Assembly: GCA_010093815.1 (NCBI GenBank) | Contig: ML996568.1 | Length of the DNA stretch: 64,000 nt | From: Pseudovirgaria hyperparasitica | Taxonomy: Eukaryota | Strand: one strand, 5' to 3' | Shown here: positions 54,306 through 64,000 of the stretch, one piece after another | How the letters are laid out: the number at the start of each line of letters is the position of its first letter | Numbering within the stretch: position 1 is the first letter of the stretch | The notes under the pieces: generated by a model | What the model saw: the letters and a program-made list of their open reading frames with translations, nothing else | Databases searched by the model: none | Told to the model about the DNA's origin: nothing | Made by a program: the position numbers and the translations under genes

Positions 54306-56657
54306 TCACTCTTCATCAAAACCCAGACCCTCAACATGCCCTAAGAACTCCCCCTTCTCTGCCTTCAACAGCGCCTGCACATCCACCCTACCCCCTGTCA
54401 GATACTTCTCGCTCACGCCTACATTCACTCTCTGTGCCAGCAGTCCCTTCAGTTCCGCCTTGACAGCCTGCGCCGCCTCGCGTGACATCTGACTCGCCTC
54501 ACGCTCCTTCTGTCGTCTCTTATTCCCGCGCCCCTGCCTCCCAGTTGCCTTCTTATCAAACTCTTCACTATCATAGTCGACGCCCAGCTCCTCCGCAGCC
54601 TCCTTCATCCAGTTGCTCTCGCTCGTCTTCTTCTCCTTGGCGATCGTTGTATCAGCAAGTTTTTTCGCAAGAGTGACGCGAGGCTTGAGGCGCGATACGA
54701 TACGACGATCGATATTCAGACTGCGCATGTAGTAGCCGCTCTTCTTCGCGTCGGCGGCCGAGCCTGCGCGCGCGTGCACCTTTGCAACGAGCCGGCGCAC
54801 GCCCTGCACTTCTTCCGGCGCGCAGATCAGGATGCTGGCGCCACTGGACGACCCGCGCGCCGTACGTCCGGACCGATGCACGTACATGTCTGCGGCACGC
54901 GGAAGGTGATAGTGAAGGATGAGCTGCACGCCGGAAATGTCGAGGCCACGAGCAGCGACGTCCGTGGCGACGAGGATGGAGCCTTCGCGTTGTGTAAAGC
55001 GTTCGATAGAGCGCAGGCGGGCCTTCTGCTCCATGCCGGAATGTAGGGCGAGCGCGGGAAGGTTGAGATTTTGGAGCAGAGGCGTGACGCGGCGGACAGC
55101 AGAGATGGAATTGGTGAAGACAAGAGTACGTTTTTGTGGGTGATAGAGCAGGAGTGCATACAGATAAAGGTCTTTTTCAGTGGCGCCGCATTCGACCATG
55201 CCCTCGCGCAGCTTTGCGGCCATTTGATGGACTGGGTTCACATCGACGAATTTAGGTTTCTCTTCACGGAAGTTGAGTTTTTTTAGGAGGTATTGCATGG
55301 ATTCCGTTTGAGAGAGAATATCACCGCTGGCCTTCGTCTTGCCAGTAAGCTTTTGTTGCAGGCCTTTGTGGAAGGTTGCGGAGAAAACGAGGGTTTGGCG
55401 GGTGCCGGACTGGTTTTCCAGGACGTTATCGTATTCATCGGTGTCTTTGGCGTCGAGGAGATCCATGATTTCTTCAACTTCCTTGAAGTGGCCTTCGCTG
55501 AGGAGGCGATCGGCTTCGTCGACGACGAGGAAATGTATCTTCTTGAACCATTCGACGGTGCCGTGGCCTTTGCTGATGATCTCCCAAACTCGACCCGGTG
55601 TGCCGATGAGTATGTCTGCATACTCTAGAACGCGCTGTTGCTTTTGAATAGACAATCCGCCTGTGAGAGTGACGATGGACGGTCGATCGAGGTTTGCTGC
55701 AGACACAAGATTCTTCATATGTGTAGAGATCTGATGAGCTAATTCACGAGTCGGGGAAAGTATCAAAGCCAAAGGGCTTGCTTTTGAATCTTTTGTCTTC
55801 CTAGTGGCATCTTTGTTATTACTCAGAAAATGTTCTAGTATTGGAATGCCAAAAGCCAGTGTTTTTCCTGAGCCAGTCGAAGCTTTGCCTATGACATCGT
55901 GCCCAGCCATGATTTCGGGAATCGAACTGGTTTGAATAGGTGTTGGACGAATAAATTTGAGTTTTGAGAGAGAAAGCATTGTCTCTGCCGACAAATCGAG
56001 AGGGAACCAGGCGGAGACGTCAGCTTCCTCATCCTCTAGAGCTTCGTCTTCGAGGCCTGCAAATTCGGAGGCTTCTTGATTTGTACGACTACTTTTCAAC
56101 TTTACCACTTTACCACCCTTCTTTGCTATGCCCTTTTCTTTTTTAGATCTCTTTTCCTCTGTCGTCTTCATGTCAGTGGCCTCCGCAGAGTGCTCATCGT
56201 TCTCCTCAGGACTCCTTTCTGGCGCCTGTTGAGGCGAGTCAGACTCTGTCTTCCTTTCCGTGACTGACGAGGCACGGGACTCGTCACTAAAGCCTTCCCA
56301 TTCTTCATCGATCTCTTGCGCATCGTTTGACTGTTCCTTGGTTGAATCAGATCTGTCTCCAGCGTCCTTTGCTTGCTCTGCTCTGCTTTCCGGCTTCATA
56401 TCTCGGAACGACACCAACCCATTGTCGGCTTTAACAACTTCAATATCATCAATCTCTTCGAGTCCGAAGAATCCCTCATAGTCATCCATGCGGTCAGGTA
56501 TTTCCACGTCTTTCCAGTGTAGCTTATCGAGTCGCACATGCTGCCCGCCGCTCGTAGGCTCCTTAGCTGGAAAATCGCTTGTTTTGTCGTTCGACCGGTG
56601 CCGCTTCCTCGACTTTGCCAAAGTAGTTTGCTTATCATTGCGCTTTCGCTTTTCCAT
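54306..56657 (-). CDS. MAK5: ATP-dependent DEAD-box RNA helicase MAK5 (DDX24), 60S biogenesis
   Basis: Q motif PTPIQ, ASTGSGKTLAF, PTRELA, DEADRL, SAT, YVHRSGRTAR; MAK5-typical GFFGLEEID and EKDLYLY segments; likely start at MEKRKR. Confidence 0.93.
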   Translation of the reverse strand: MEKRKRNDKQTTLAKSRKRHRSNDKTSDFPAKEPTSGGQHVRLDKLHWKDVEIPDRMDDYEGFFGLEEIDDIEVVKADNGLVSFRDMKPESRAEQAKDAGDRSDSTKEQSNDAQEIDEEWEGFSDESRASSVTERKTESDSPQQAPERSPEENDEHSAEATDMKTTEEKRSKKEKGIAKKGGKVVKLKSSRTNQEASEFAGLEDEALEDEEADVSAWFPLDLSAETMLSLSKLKFIRPTPIQTSSIPEIMAGHDVIGKASTGSGKTLAFGIPILEHFLSNNKDATRKTKDSKASPLALILSPTRELAHQISTHMKNLVSAANLDRPSIVTLTGGLSIQKQQRVLEYADILIGTPGRVWEIISKGHGTVEWFKKIHFLVVDEADRLLSEGHFKEVEEIMDLLDAKDTDEYDNVLENQSGTRQTLVFSATFHKGLQQKLTGKTKASGDILSQTESMQYLLKKLNFREEKPKFVDVNPVHQMAAKLREGMVECGATEKDLYLYALLLYHPQKRTLVFTNSISAVRRVTPLLQNLNLPALALHSGMEQKARLRSIERFTQREGSILVATDVAARGLDISGVQLILHYHLPRAADMYVHRSGRTARGSSSGASILICAPEEVQGVRRLVAKVHARAGSAADAKKSGYYMRSLNIDRRIVSRLKPRVTLAKKLADTTIAKEKKTSESNWMKEAAEELGVDYDSEEFDKKATGRQGRGNKRRQKEREASQMSREAAQAVKAELKGLLAQRVNVGVSEKYLTGGRVDVQALLKAEKGEFLGHVEGLGFDEE

Positions 56658-56851
56658 TCTGTTTGGGATGGTTGACTTATCATAATAATCGCACAATAAT
56701 CGAGGGCAGAAAATTTCGGGGTGACGAAAATTTCGCGACTCCCTAGAATCGCCTGCTCCGAACCCCACGTCTAAACTTCTCGATGAATTTATCATTTCAG
56801 CACAAATATTAGTAACTCCCTGCGCTTGTTACAGCAGTGCAGATTCTCGCC
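56658..56851. promoter_or_regulatory. Short bidirectional promoter between MAK5 and TRM7 with two RRPE-like AAAATTT elements
   Basis: 194-bp head-to-head spacer; gaaaatttcg twice at ~56709-56735. Confidence 0.5.
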
Positions 56852-57952
56852 ATGGGAAAATCATCGAAAGATAAGCGTGATGCTTATTATCGGCTTGCGA
56901 AAGAACAAGGCTGGCGCGCCCGCAGCGCCTACAAACTTCTCCAGCTCGACGAAGAATTCAACCTCTTCGAAGATGTAACTCGCGTCGTCGACCTATGCGC
57001 AGCACCAGGCAGCTGGAGTCAGGTGCTATCCCGGATTCTGATCAAGGGCGAGAAGTTTGGGCGTGTGGAATGGGAAGACAGGCAAGCCGCAAATCGCGCA
57101 TACATATCCGGCGAGACAGAAGCGCCACATGTAGAGGAGGATGTCAAGCATAAATTGCAGCCACGCCAGGGCGTGAAGATTGTTTCTATTGATTTGCAAC
57201 CTATGAGCCCACTCGAGGGGATCACGATGTTACGCGCTGATATCACGCATCCGTCTACAGTTCCACTTCTTCTCAAAGCGCTCGACCCAGACACATTCGA
57301 CGCTGCCTCGACATCCGCGTCGCAGCTTGTAGACTTGGTGCTTTCGGATGGTGCGCCCGACGTGACTGGGCTGCATGATCTGGATATCTACGTACAGAGT
57401 CAACTTCTATGGGCAGCGCTCAATCTTGCGCTGTGTGTGCTGAAGCCGGGTGGGAAGTTCGTGGCGAAGATCTTCCGAGGCAGAGATGTTGATGTGCTGT
57501 ATGCACAGCTCAAGACTATGTTCGAGAAAGTCTGGGTCGCGAAGCCCCGGAGTAGTCGAGCGAGCAGTTTGGAGGCGTTTGTGGTGTGTATTGGGTTTCG
57601 TCCGCCGAAAGGCTTCAAGGCAAGCTTGGAAGAGCCACTCGGGGCACGATCAAACGTGACGCCAGAGACGCTTATCTCTGCAGTGGAGACTGTGACGTCG
57701 TCCCGAAAGACAAGGAGTGATGGTGTCACGGAGTTGGATCTTGGCTTGGACACAGATGTCAGTTGGGTGGCGCCGTTCCTTGCTTGTGGCGACCTTTCTG
57801 CGTTTGATGCCGATGCTTCATATCATCTACCCAGAGACCGGACGACTCTCGACCCTGTACAGCCACCCACAGCACCACCATACAAACGTGCACTAGAGAT
57901 GCGCAAAGCTGCTGGCGGTGCGTACGGCAAGACGAAAGGACAGACTCCTTGA
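56852..57952 (+). CDS. TRM7: tRNA (cytidine32/guanosine34-2'-O)-methyltransferase, FtsJ family
   Basis: MGKSSKDKRDAYYRLAKEQGWRARSAYKLLQLDEEF, VVDLCAAPGSWSQV, SDGAPDVTGLHDLD, KPRSSRASS, PVQPPTAPPYK. Confidence 0.96.
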   Translation: MGKSSKDKRDAYYRLAKEQGWRARSAYKLLQLDEEFNLFEDVTRVVDLCAAPGSWSQVLSRILIKGEKFGRVEWEDRQAANRAYISGETEAPHVEEDVKHKLQPRQGVKIVSIDLQPMSPLEGITMLRADITHPSTVPLLLKALDPDTFDAASTSASQLVDLVLSDGAPDVTGLHDLDIYVQSQLLWAALNLALCVLKPGGKFVAKIFRGRDVDVLYAQLKTMFEKVWVAKPRSSRASSLEAFVVCIGFRPPKGFKASLEEPLGARSNVTPETLISAVETVTSSRKTRSDGVTELDLGLDTDVSWVAPFLACGDLSAFDADASYHLPRDRTTLDPVQPPTAPPYKRALEMRKAAGGAYGKTKGQTP

Positions 57953-58068
57953 CACATACCTAGCTGTCCGCCAGAAGCACACTATACAGTCAAGAGCACG
58001 GAAGCAGTGCTATATTGGTCTATATTGCCCCCACCTTCATCCATCTTCACTGACACGTAGCCACACCG

Positions 58069-58995
58069 CTAAAACTCATTCTCCTTCATCCACTTTGCAT
58101 TCTCCTCCTTATACTCACTCCTCCACCTACTACACGGCTGCCGATCAAACACGATATCTCCCTGCGCCCACATCATGCGCTTCTTGTCCGTCTTCTCATC
58201 GACATCATTGTCTGGACAAATCGCATAGAAGCTGCCTTTCGCCATCTTCTCATACAGAAATTCGGCTACCTGGCTCGGCCACCACGCGCCAGCCGGTTTC
58301 TCATTTGCCCCGGCGGCGCGCGTGAGTCCAGTGTATGTCCACCCAGGCACCAGCAGATGCACAGAAGTGGGCGTGTCTCGAAGGTCGTAGGACAGGTGCT
58401 CAGCGAGCGTCTTCACGGCAGCTTTGGAGGCATTATACGCCGGGTTCCCTGGGGGATTCGTGATGCCTTGTTTCGAACCCGTAATGACGATCGCCGAGGG
58501 CTTGTCTTGGCTCTGTGCTTGCATGACGGGTACAAAGGTCGTCAAGCCGTTGATGACGCCGTAGAGATTGGTGTCAAGGACCTATATAATCGTCAGTCTT
58601 ACTAGCCAGGTGGACGCGCCTGTTGCATCGCTACTACCTAAAGGCCGTGGCTGAAAGAGTATTCTCACCGTCCTGAAATACGCTGCATCCCCCCAATCGG
58701 CCTTACCGCTCACACCGGCGTTCAGCATTAGCAAATCGATCCTGCCACCCAATTGCTTGTCCACCTTGCTCTTCAACTCAGTCCATTGCTCCAGCTTGCT
58801 TACATCAACACTATAAGTCTCGACATCCGCAGACTTCAGTTCAGTCTTAGCTTTCGCTAGATTTGCGGCATTGTTATCCACAATTGCTACTTTCATGCCA
58901 TGCTTGAGACATAAATGGGCCACGGCGTACCCGACACCCGATGCGCCGCCTGTTATGAGCGCGGTGTTGGCACGCGCGAAGACTTTTGTAGCCAT
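58069..58995 (-). CDS. Short-chain dehydrogenase/reductase, ~279 aa
   Basis: TGGASGVG, LNAG, YNASKAA; intron 58582-58668 joins the two ORFs in frame. Confidence 0.92.
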
Positions 58996-60625
58996 GATGC
59001 GATTTTGGTATATCCAGTATTTCGGGAAGAATCGTGTTTAGGAGATGTTCGCGTATTGCAGAATGAGAGAAAGAATGCACTTTTAAACATAGGAACCTAG
59101 ACATTGGCAGCAAGGATAGGCAAAAGGAGTGGGGTGTCAGGTCCATTATCTCCGCGGTACCGGGTGAGGTGTGAGGTCATACATGCACATCGATCGATCC
59201 ATCGTTGAGGTTAGCGCTTGCTGAGGCAGGTCGTCGGGGCCAAAAGGCGACGCTGAAAACTATTGGGCTTGGCATATTGCATGTTATGTTCTGGTGTTGA
59301 ATTACTAAATATGACTATATATACAATTATAGTCCTTTCGTCGTTTGTGCGAGGTCAATTGGTCGTCTACTACAATATTATTTTGTCGGCGTGCTTCATC
59401 TTAATTGACTCTACACAGTGCTTTGCATTTTGCTTGTCATCTACTGCGTCGCTATGGATGGTCACAGCCCCTGGGCAGACATAATGCTCTGGATGGCCTC
59501 GTATGCCGCAGCAGAGTTGTTATGCGCTGATGCCGTGGCCAGTGACTGGCTGGATCTATGCCTCAAGCTTCCACGTCTCCATGTTTAGGAATATCATCTG
59601 TACGCCATCTGTACGTTTCTAGTAATGAGATAGTCCCTCTATATAACGGTAGATCGGATTCACCAGTGATGACAAGCACAGGTTTGGTGCTCTAGTCCAT
59701 CATATGTAGAGAAGCGAGAGTGAGAGTCTCATATAGAGTGCCAGGCTGTTTTGTTTACTCGGCGACGGTGATAGATACGGGATCGTAGGCCCCGCGGTGG
59801 AAGAAAAAGGACTTGTCGGCCTCGGCATTCGAGTTTGATGATGTAACTGAGCGGAAGGTCTCGCGAGGGGATCTGTTGGCATATCGTCTAATTGTTGCAG
59901 TGTCGACGTAGTTGTGGTTGTATTTCTCGAATGATATATCCCAGTGTCTATCCGAAACAGCATTCCATAGCCGTAGTTCACGAGTCTCTTGTAAGCGCCA
60001 TGTGAGAACATCAGCATACGGCGAGGACGTTGGAGGGGATTAATCACAACAGTTCACAAGAGCGGCCTTTAATAGATGATGTCCAAGGGCGTATTGCGAG
60101 TGCGCAAACCAGACCGCAAGCGGTTTCACTGGGTCAGGTTTCTCCGAGGTAGTTAGCACGATTCAGAGTAGAAGCTGAAGGTCCTATCTGGTCGAAACGA
60201 TTGACTCAAGATAGTCTATTTGGCATCAGTTCGTTTCCTGCTTGCTAGATTTATAGTATTATAGCAAGCTTGCTTTGTTGTTCGGGTACATGACACTACA
60301 GGTGGAGCACTTTGAGGAATTTGGATACTAACTTGTCTGAGTAGCGCTTAAAAGCTTCATTATTGAGCGTTGGACTATAGCCCTAAAGTTGGTTTGACCG
60401 ACTAGATATATGGAGCAAGTTACTGCAAGATTTCATCTGTAGTTGTAAGACCTAACAGCACTATTGCGCTTCCAGAGGTCAGCGTGTGTAAATCACTGAG
60501 TATTAAGCCTCTGGCAGCGACTTGGTTACGTTAATTGTAGCTGCTTATGAATTCCCGATCTTCAATAGCATTAATGAACAACGAGCAGCAAAAAGGTCTG
60601 GCCTCGACGGTAGTGAGCGTGAATA

Positions 60626-61672
60626 TCATGCATTTTTATATTTCATGTCATGACCTAATTCTCTGTAATCCCTCAAGCTTAATAAACGACTAGTGAGAGG
60701 GGCTGCTCTGACAACAGTGCTTGGGATCTCTTCACGCATCATGTGATCCCATTCAAATAGGTCCGAGAATAGCTCGTAATGTAACTGGTTTCGCGAAAGT
60801 GTCTCGAGACACCAATGAGGGCTGGTCCATGCCGCCCCAAAATCCACGAGAAGTCCATTCATGTAGTTGCGAGCAGCAATGTCTTTCTGGTAGATCTCAT
60901 GAGCTCTGAGAATTTTCAGGTCTGCTAGCATCTTACGTGGACGGCCAAATGCAGGCTTGTTCTCAACAAGCTGTTTAACCAGTGCACGAAATGGTGCTCG
61001 GATATCTTGGGACATGGATTCGTCTGAAGATGAGCGATCCCAGTCGAATATACCAAATCTCTCTGCGAGCAATGCCTCAAACGTGGGGGGTAAACCCATA
61101 AATCCATAACAGGGGACAGCAAGTCTATGAGCCTCGCGATCGACGCTGTGTTTAGATGTTACCTGACTTCTGCTGTTCTTTTGGGATCTGGATTTCCGCT
61201 TCGTTTGTTTGGTAGAGGATTGGATCTGTTGAGCTGCAACTCTCTGGGAAGCCTTTGAGGACTTTCGCGCCATCGACTCTTCAATCTCTTCGATTTTTCC
61301 ATAAGCCCTGCACTCAGCATAGAAGGGATCAGAATGGAATACCAAATCATCATCGCTAACGTTTTCATTGGATAGTGCCCATTGTTCTCCTCTTAAGTCT
61401 TGAATCTTCTTAAACTTGAACTTGATGCGATCAGAAATTGTCTCTCTCGATCCAAAGGAGCTTACAATTTTCAAAGCGTAATAGCCTCTCTTTCCAAACT
61501 TAACCTTGAATACATGTGCGCATGCTCCGGTTGGGCTACTCGACGGCGGTTCACTGAGCAGACTAACAAATTCAATGGATTCTTTGCGATACTTAAATGG
61601 CTTAAGACGCGGCCCATCGCAAGGAGGTAGCGCTGCTTTTCCATAGAGATCGACCGGGGTGCGCGACGTCAT
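60626..61672 (-). CDS. Atypical protein-kinase-like protein (PF13095 FTA2-like fungal family)
   Basis: HVFKV..YALKI, DPFYAECRAYG, AVPCYG, RALVK, DIAARNY..GLLVDFG.AWT.PH; probable in-frame 45-nt intron at 61421-61465. Confidence 0.75.
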   Translation of the reverse strand: MTSRTPVDLYGKAALPPCDGPRLKPFKYRKESIEFVSLLSEPPSSSPTGACAHVFKVKFGKRGYYALKIVSSFGSRETISDRIKFKFKKIQDLRGEQWALSNENVSDDDLVFHSDPFYAECRAYGKIEEIEESMARKSSKASQRVAAQQIQSSTKQTKRKSRSQKNSRSQVTSKHSVDREAHRLAVPCYGFMGLPPTFEALLAERFGIFDWDRSSSDESMSQDIRAPFRALVKQLVENKPAFGRPRKMLADLKILRAHEIYQKDIAARNYMNGLLVDFGAAWTSPHWCLETLSRNQLHYELFSDLFEWDHMMREEIPSTVVRAAPLTSRLLSLRDYRELGHDMKYKNA

Positions 61673-62438
61673 TGTGAGTATGCTGAAATCTCCTAACCTG
61701 ATAGTTGTAGGAAATGGCTGTTCGTCGGTTGTTTATTATTGATATCTGCAAGTGGCTGGGAGACAGCCCGCCTCTCCACTATGGAAACGCTAAGCTGATC
61801 AGGGCTAGTGACTACTTAGTCTAGTTATATACTTATGCTCGTCCCGGCACCGTGCTCACAGGTAATTAATAAGTTATCCATTCCTAGGTCCCAATATGGC
61901 TACGGACAAGTCCAACAAATGGAATCTTAATTAGCTCCGGTAGGCTATATGCGCCCTTAGTCTATATGCGTCCTGATATGTACCCGCCCTGATCTACGCG
62001 CTCGGATCTGTACCTAATACGCGCCCTCTGTATGCGCACTAGTTTGTTATGCGCCCTCCTGGGTATGCGCCTGTGCCGCAATAAGGCAATCAGAGCTGAG
62101 CACCGAGGGCATGAGGAAACAGCACCCGAGCAGGCATCCTCGTATTGGCTTATCGGCATGATGCCCAGAAGCTTCAGTGCTAAAAAAGGATTTCCCACCG
62201 ATCTAGATGATACTCGATGTTTCAGCCTTGTCGGCTTATCACACTGGAAAACTGGATCACCCTAGAAAACAGTATACAAACCTGGGCTTTAGCGCATTCG
62301 CTGTTACATCTGATTGCTTTAATATGCAGACCCCAACTTCACTGCCCCATCAGTGGGGCATAGACAGACTTCTCGACCGAGTAGACTTATATATGACCTT
62401 TCCGAGCCCCAGTTGATGGAATCGTAAATTCTCCAGCG

Positions 62439-63635
62439 ATGGCGCCTCCTAGAACTGTCATAGAGCTTTTGACCATTCCGAATCCCGTTGTTACACTCTC
62501 TGAACGTCACCGCGCTAAATCTACTTCTGTCAGCAAGCGAAGTTACTACCCAACGGTCCGGAGACTCAAACCATGGACGGAATTTTCGATCAAAACTCTA
62601 CAAGTGCTCTTCGATAAGCGACTTTGGGTATTACTGAAAGCAGAAACGCCGAATCTTTGTGTGCCTATGGAAGTTGATGCGAACAGTCGTACAATTGTGG
62701 AAGAGAGATCAATCGAAGCTCTTGTGCTCAAGTGGAACCACACAATTATTGATCATGCCCTCAGTAAAACGGCCGTCAGGTTTTTGGGACAAAATGTCCA
62801 TATGGTGATTGGACCTCAATCTACCCTGACGTTTGATGAGCATAAAACAAAACCTGATTGGGGGGCAATATGCGATAGGCAGCAGCACAGTTCGATCCTA
62901 CCAGGAGACTCCAAATGTGGTATCAAATGGCATAGCTCGCATTTAGATGGCCTTGTCAACAGGAAACGAGATTTCGCGGTCCCTCAAGGCCTTCAACATG
63001 CTCTATGGCCAATCCGTCAGGTTCTTTACTATTGCATTTCGAGTAACACTCGGTATGGCTACATTATTACTCACCAAGAGTTAGTGGTTCTACGGTGCAG
63101 CTACCGCCCTGACAGTCATCTACCTGACCTCCATGGAAAAGAGCTTAGACAGCATATTCAAGACAACGCATCAGTGGAGTACCGATCGATCTCCTGGCAC
63201 GCAAAAGGGAATGAAGCCCTTACGGTGAACCTAGCAATCTACGTTTTGCACATACTTGCAACGAATAATGGCCAATTGACCAATGAGCCTCATGGTCCAT
63301 ACTGTCCTTTGATAGACGAAAAGCTTCTTCCAATAGAGTCACAACCCTTGCTAGTATCAGTCCCTAGCCAGAACAGCTGTCTAAGTCAAGATGCAAAAAG
63401 CTTCTCACAGCAGGTTGAAAATGATGATTCCCAAACGCAGGCCAAAAGAAACGACAAAAGTAGAAATGGGGATGATTCTACTCAGGATGAAGTTAGATCA
63501 GCAACGCAGCGCTCTCGGAAAAGAGCTCGAGACTCTGACGACGACGATACTCTGGCTCTGAGCATGGCAAGCTCCAGAAGTGAGAGGAAGAAGATATCGC
63601 AAACTCTTCGCCGGAGCAAGAGACATCGCATATGA
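62439..63635 (+). CDS. Uncharacterised 398-aa protein with a PD-(D/E)xK nuclease-like core and a disordered basic tail
   Basis: Intact ORF; KPDWG...PGDSK...KW...IRQVLYYC...TRYGYIITHQELVVLR...LTVNLA; NLS-like RKRAR/RRSKRHR. The fold assignment is inference. Confidence 0.7.
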   Translation: MAPPRTVIELLTIPNPVVTLSERHRAKSTSVSKRSYYPTVRRLKPWTEFSIKTLQVLFDKRLWVLLKAETPNLCVPMEVDANSRTIVEERSIEALVLKWNHTIIDHALSKTAVRFLGQNVHMVIGPQSTLTFDEHKTKPDWGAICDRQQHSSILPGDSKCGIKWHSSHLDGLVNRKRDFAVPQGLQHALWPIRQVLYYCISSNTRYGYIITHQELVVLRCSYRPDSHLPDLHGKELRQHIQDNASVEYRSISWHAKGNEALTVNLAIYVLHILATNNGQLTNEPHGPYCPLIDEKLLPIESQPLLVSVPSQNSCLSQDAKSFSQQVENDDSQTQAKRNDKSRNGDDSTQDEVRSATQRSRKRARDSDDDDTLALSMASSRSERKKISQTLRRSKRHRI

Positions 63636-64000
63636 GAGTCTTACGTTACGATGCCGAGCACATGGGAACTACAAAACGGAGGTAGGGAGTGTCACAGGCT
63701 ACTGCGTTCGCGAGGGAACTTCAAAACTTCCGATTACAGGTCTTATAGCTGTAAAAGCAAGACCATGACCATTTTATGGCATATTGTCATGTGTCATTCC
63801 CCCGGATCCGACATGCATAGGCTTACGTTTCAAGACCCAGCTGCAGGAGCGGCCGAGCACATATAGTAGAACTCATCACATGCTATTAGTCTGCAGGCAA
63901 TGACAGCAACGTTCAGCTATAGCCACTCAGACAAGGTCTACTCGTTTCGTATGGTTCCAATCGAGTTGAGCAGTGCTGCTGTGCCAGGAACCGGAAGAGG

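Noticed and set aside
53550..58605. Numerous overlapping or antisense ORFs over the Vgb-like, MAK5, TRM7 and SDR genes
   Set aside because: Shadow ORFs of GC-rich coding sequence.
59263..60047. ORF-track entries 59263-59484 and 59700-60047
   Set aside because: Short, with no recognisable motifs or convincing gene structure.

Overview
Filamentous-ascomycete (Pezizomycotina) genomic DNA in two compartments. (1) 1-~51,210 is an AT-rich, CpA/TpG-depleted block with the signature of repeat-induced point mutation (RIP). Target-site duplications (TSDs) resolve most of it into a nest of transposons: the 3' end of an LTR element preceded by a long 2OG-Fe(II) dioxygenase-like ORF; a Ty3/Gypsy chromovirus (3545-38390) interrupted by a TRIM and by two composite retroelements (a constant ~1.19-kb 5' module fused to variable-length LINE 3' ends); a ~22-kb Plavaka/CACTA-type DNA transposon inside one composite, carrying a DUF6532-like gene, an SF1 (Upf1/DNA2-like) helicase with three zinc knuckles, a SNF2-type ATPase and unknown ORFs; and a second Gypsy (minus strand) containing a full-length Tad1-like LINE. 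A 31-bp palindrome recurs five times at ORF boundaries of unrelated elements. (2) ~51,211-64,000 is ordinary gene space: a 5'-truncated heme-thiolate peroxidase, a secreted Vgb-like beta-propeller, MAK5, TRM7, an SDR, and a divergent kinase-like / PD-(D/E)xK-like gene pair. All TE proteins were read by eye with RIP changes mentally reverted (TAA/TAG to CAA/CAG/TGG etc.), so family calls need HMM confirmation. There is a 560-N gap at 6413-6972.
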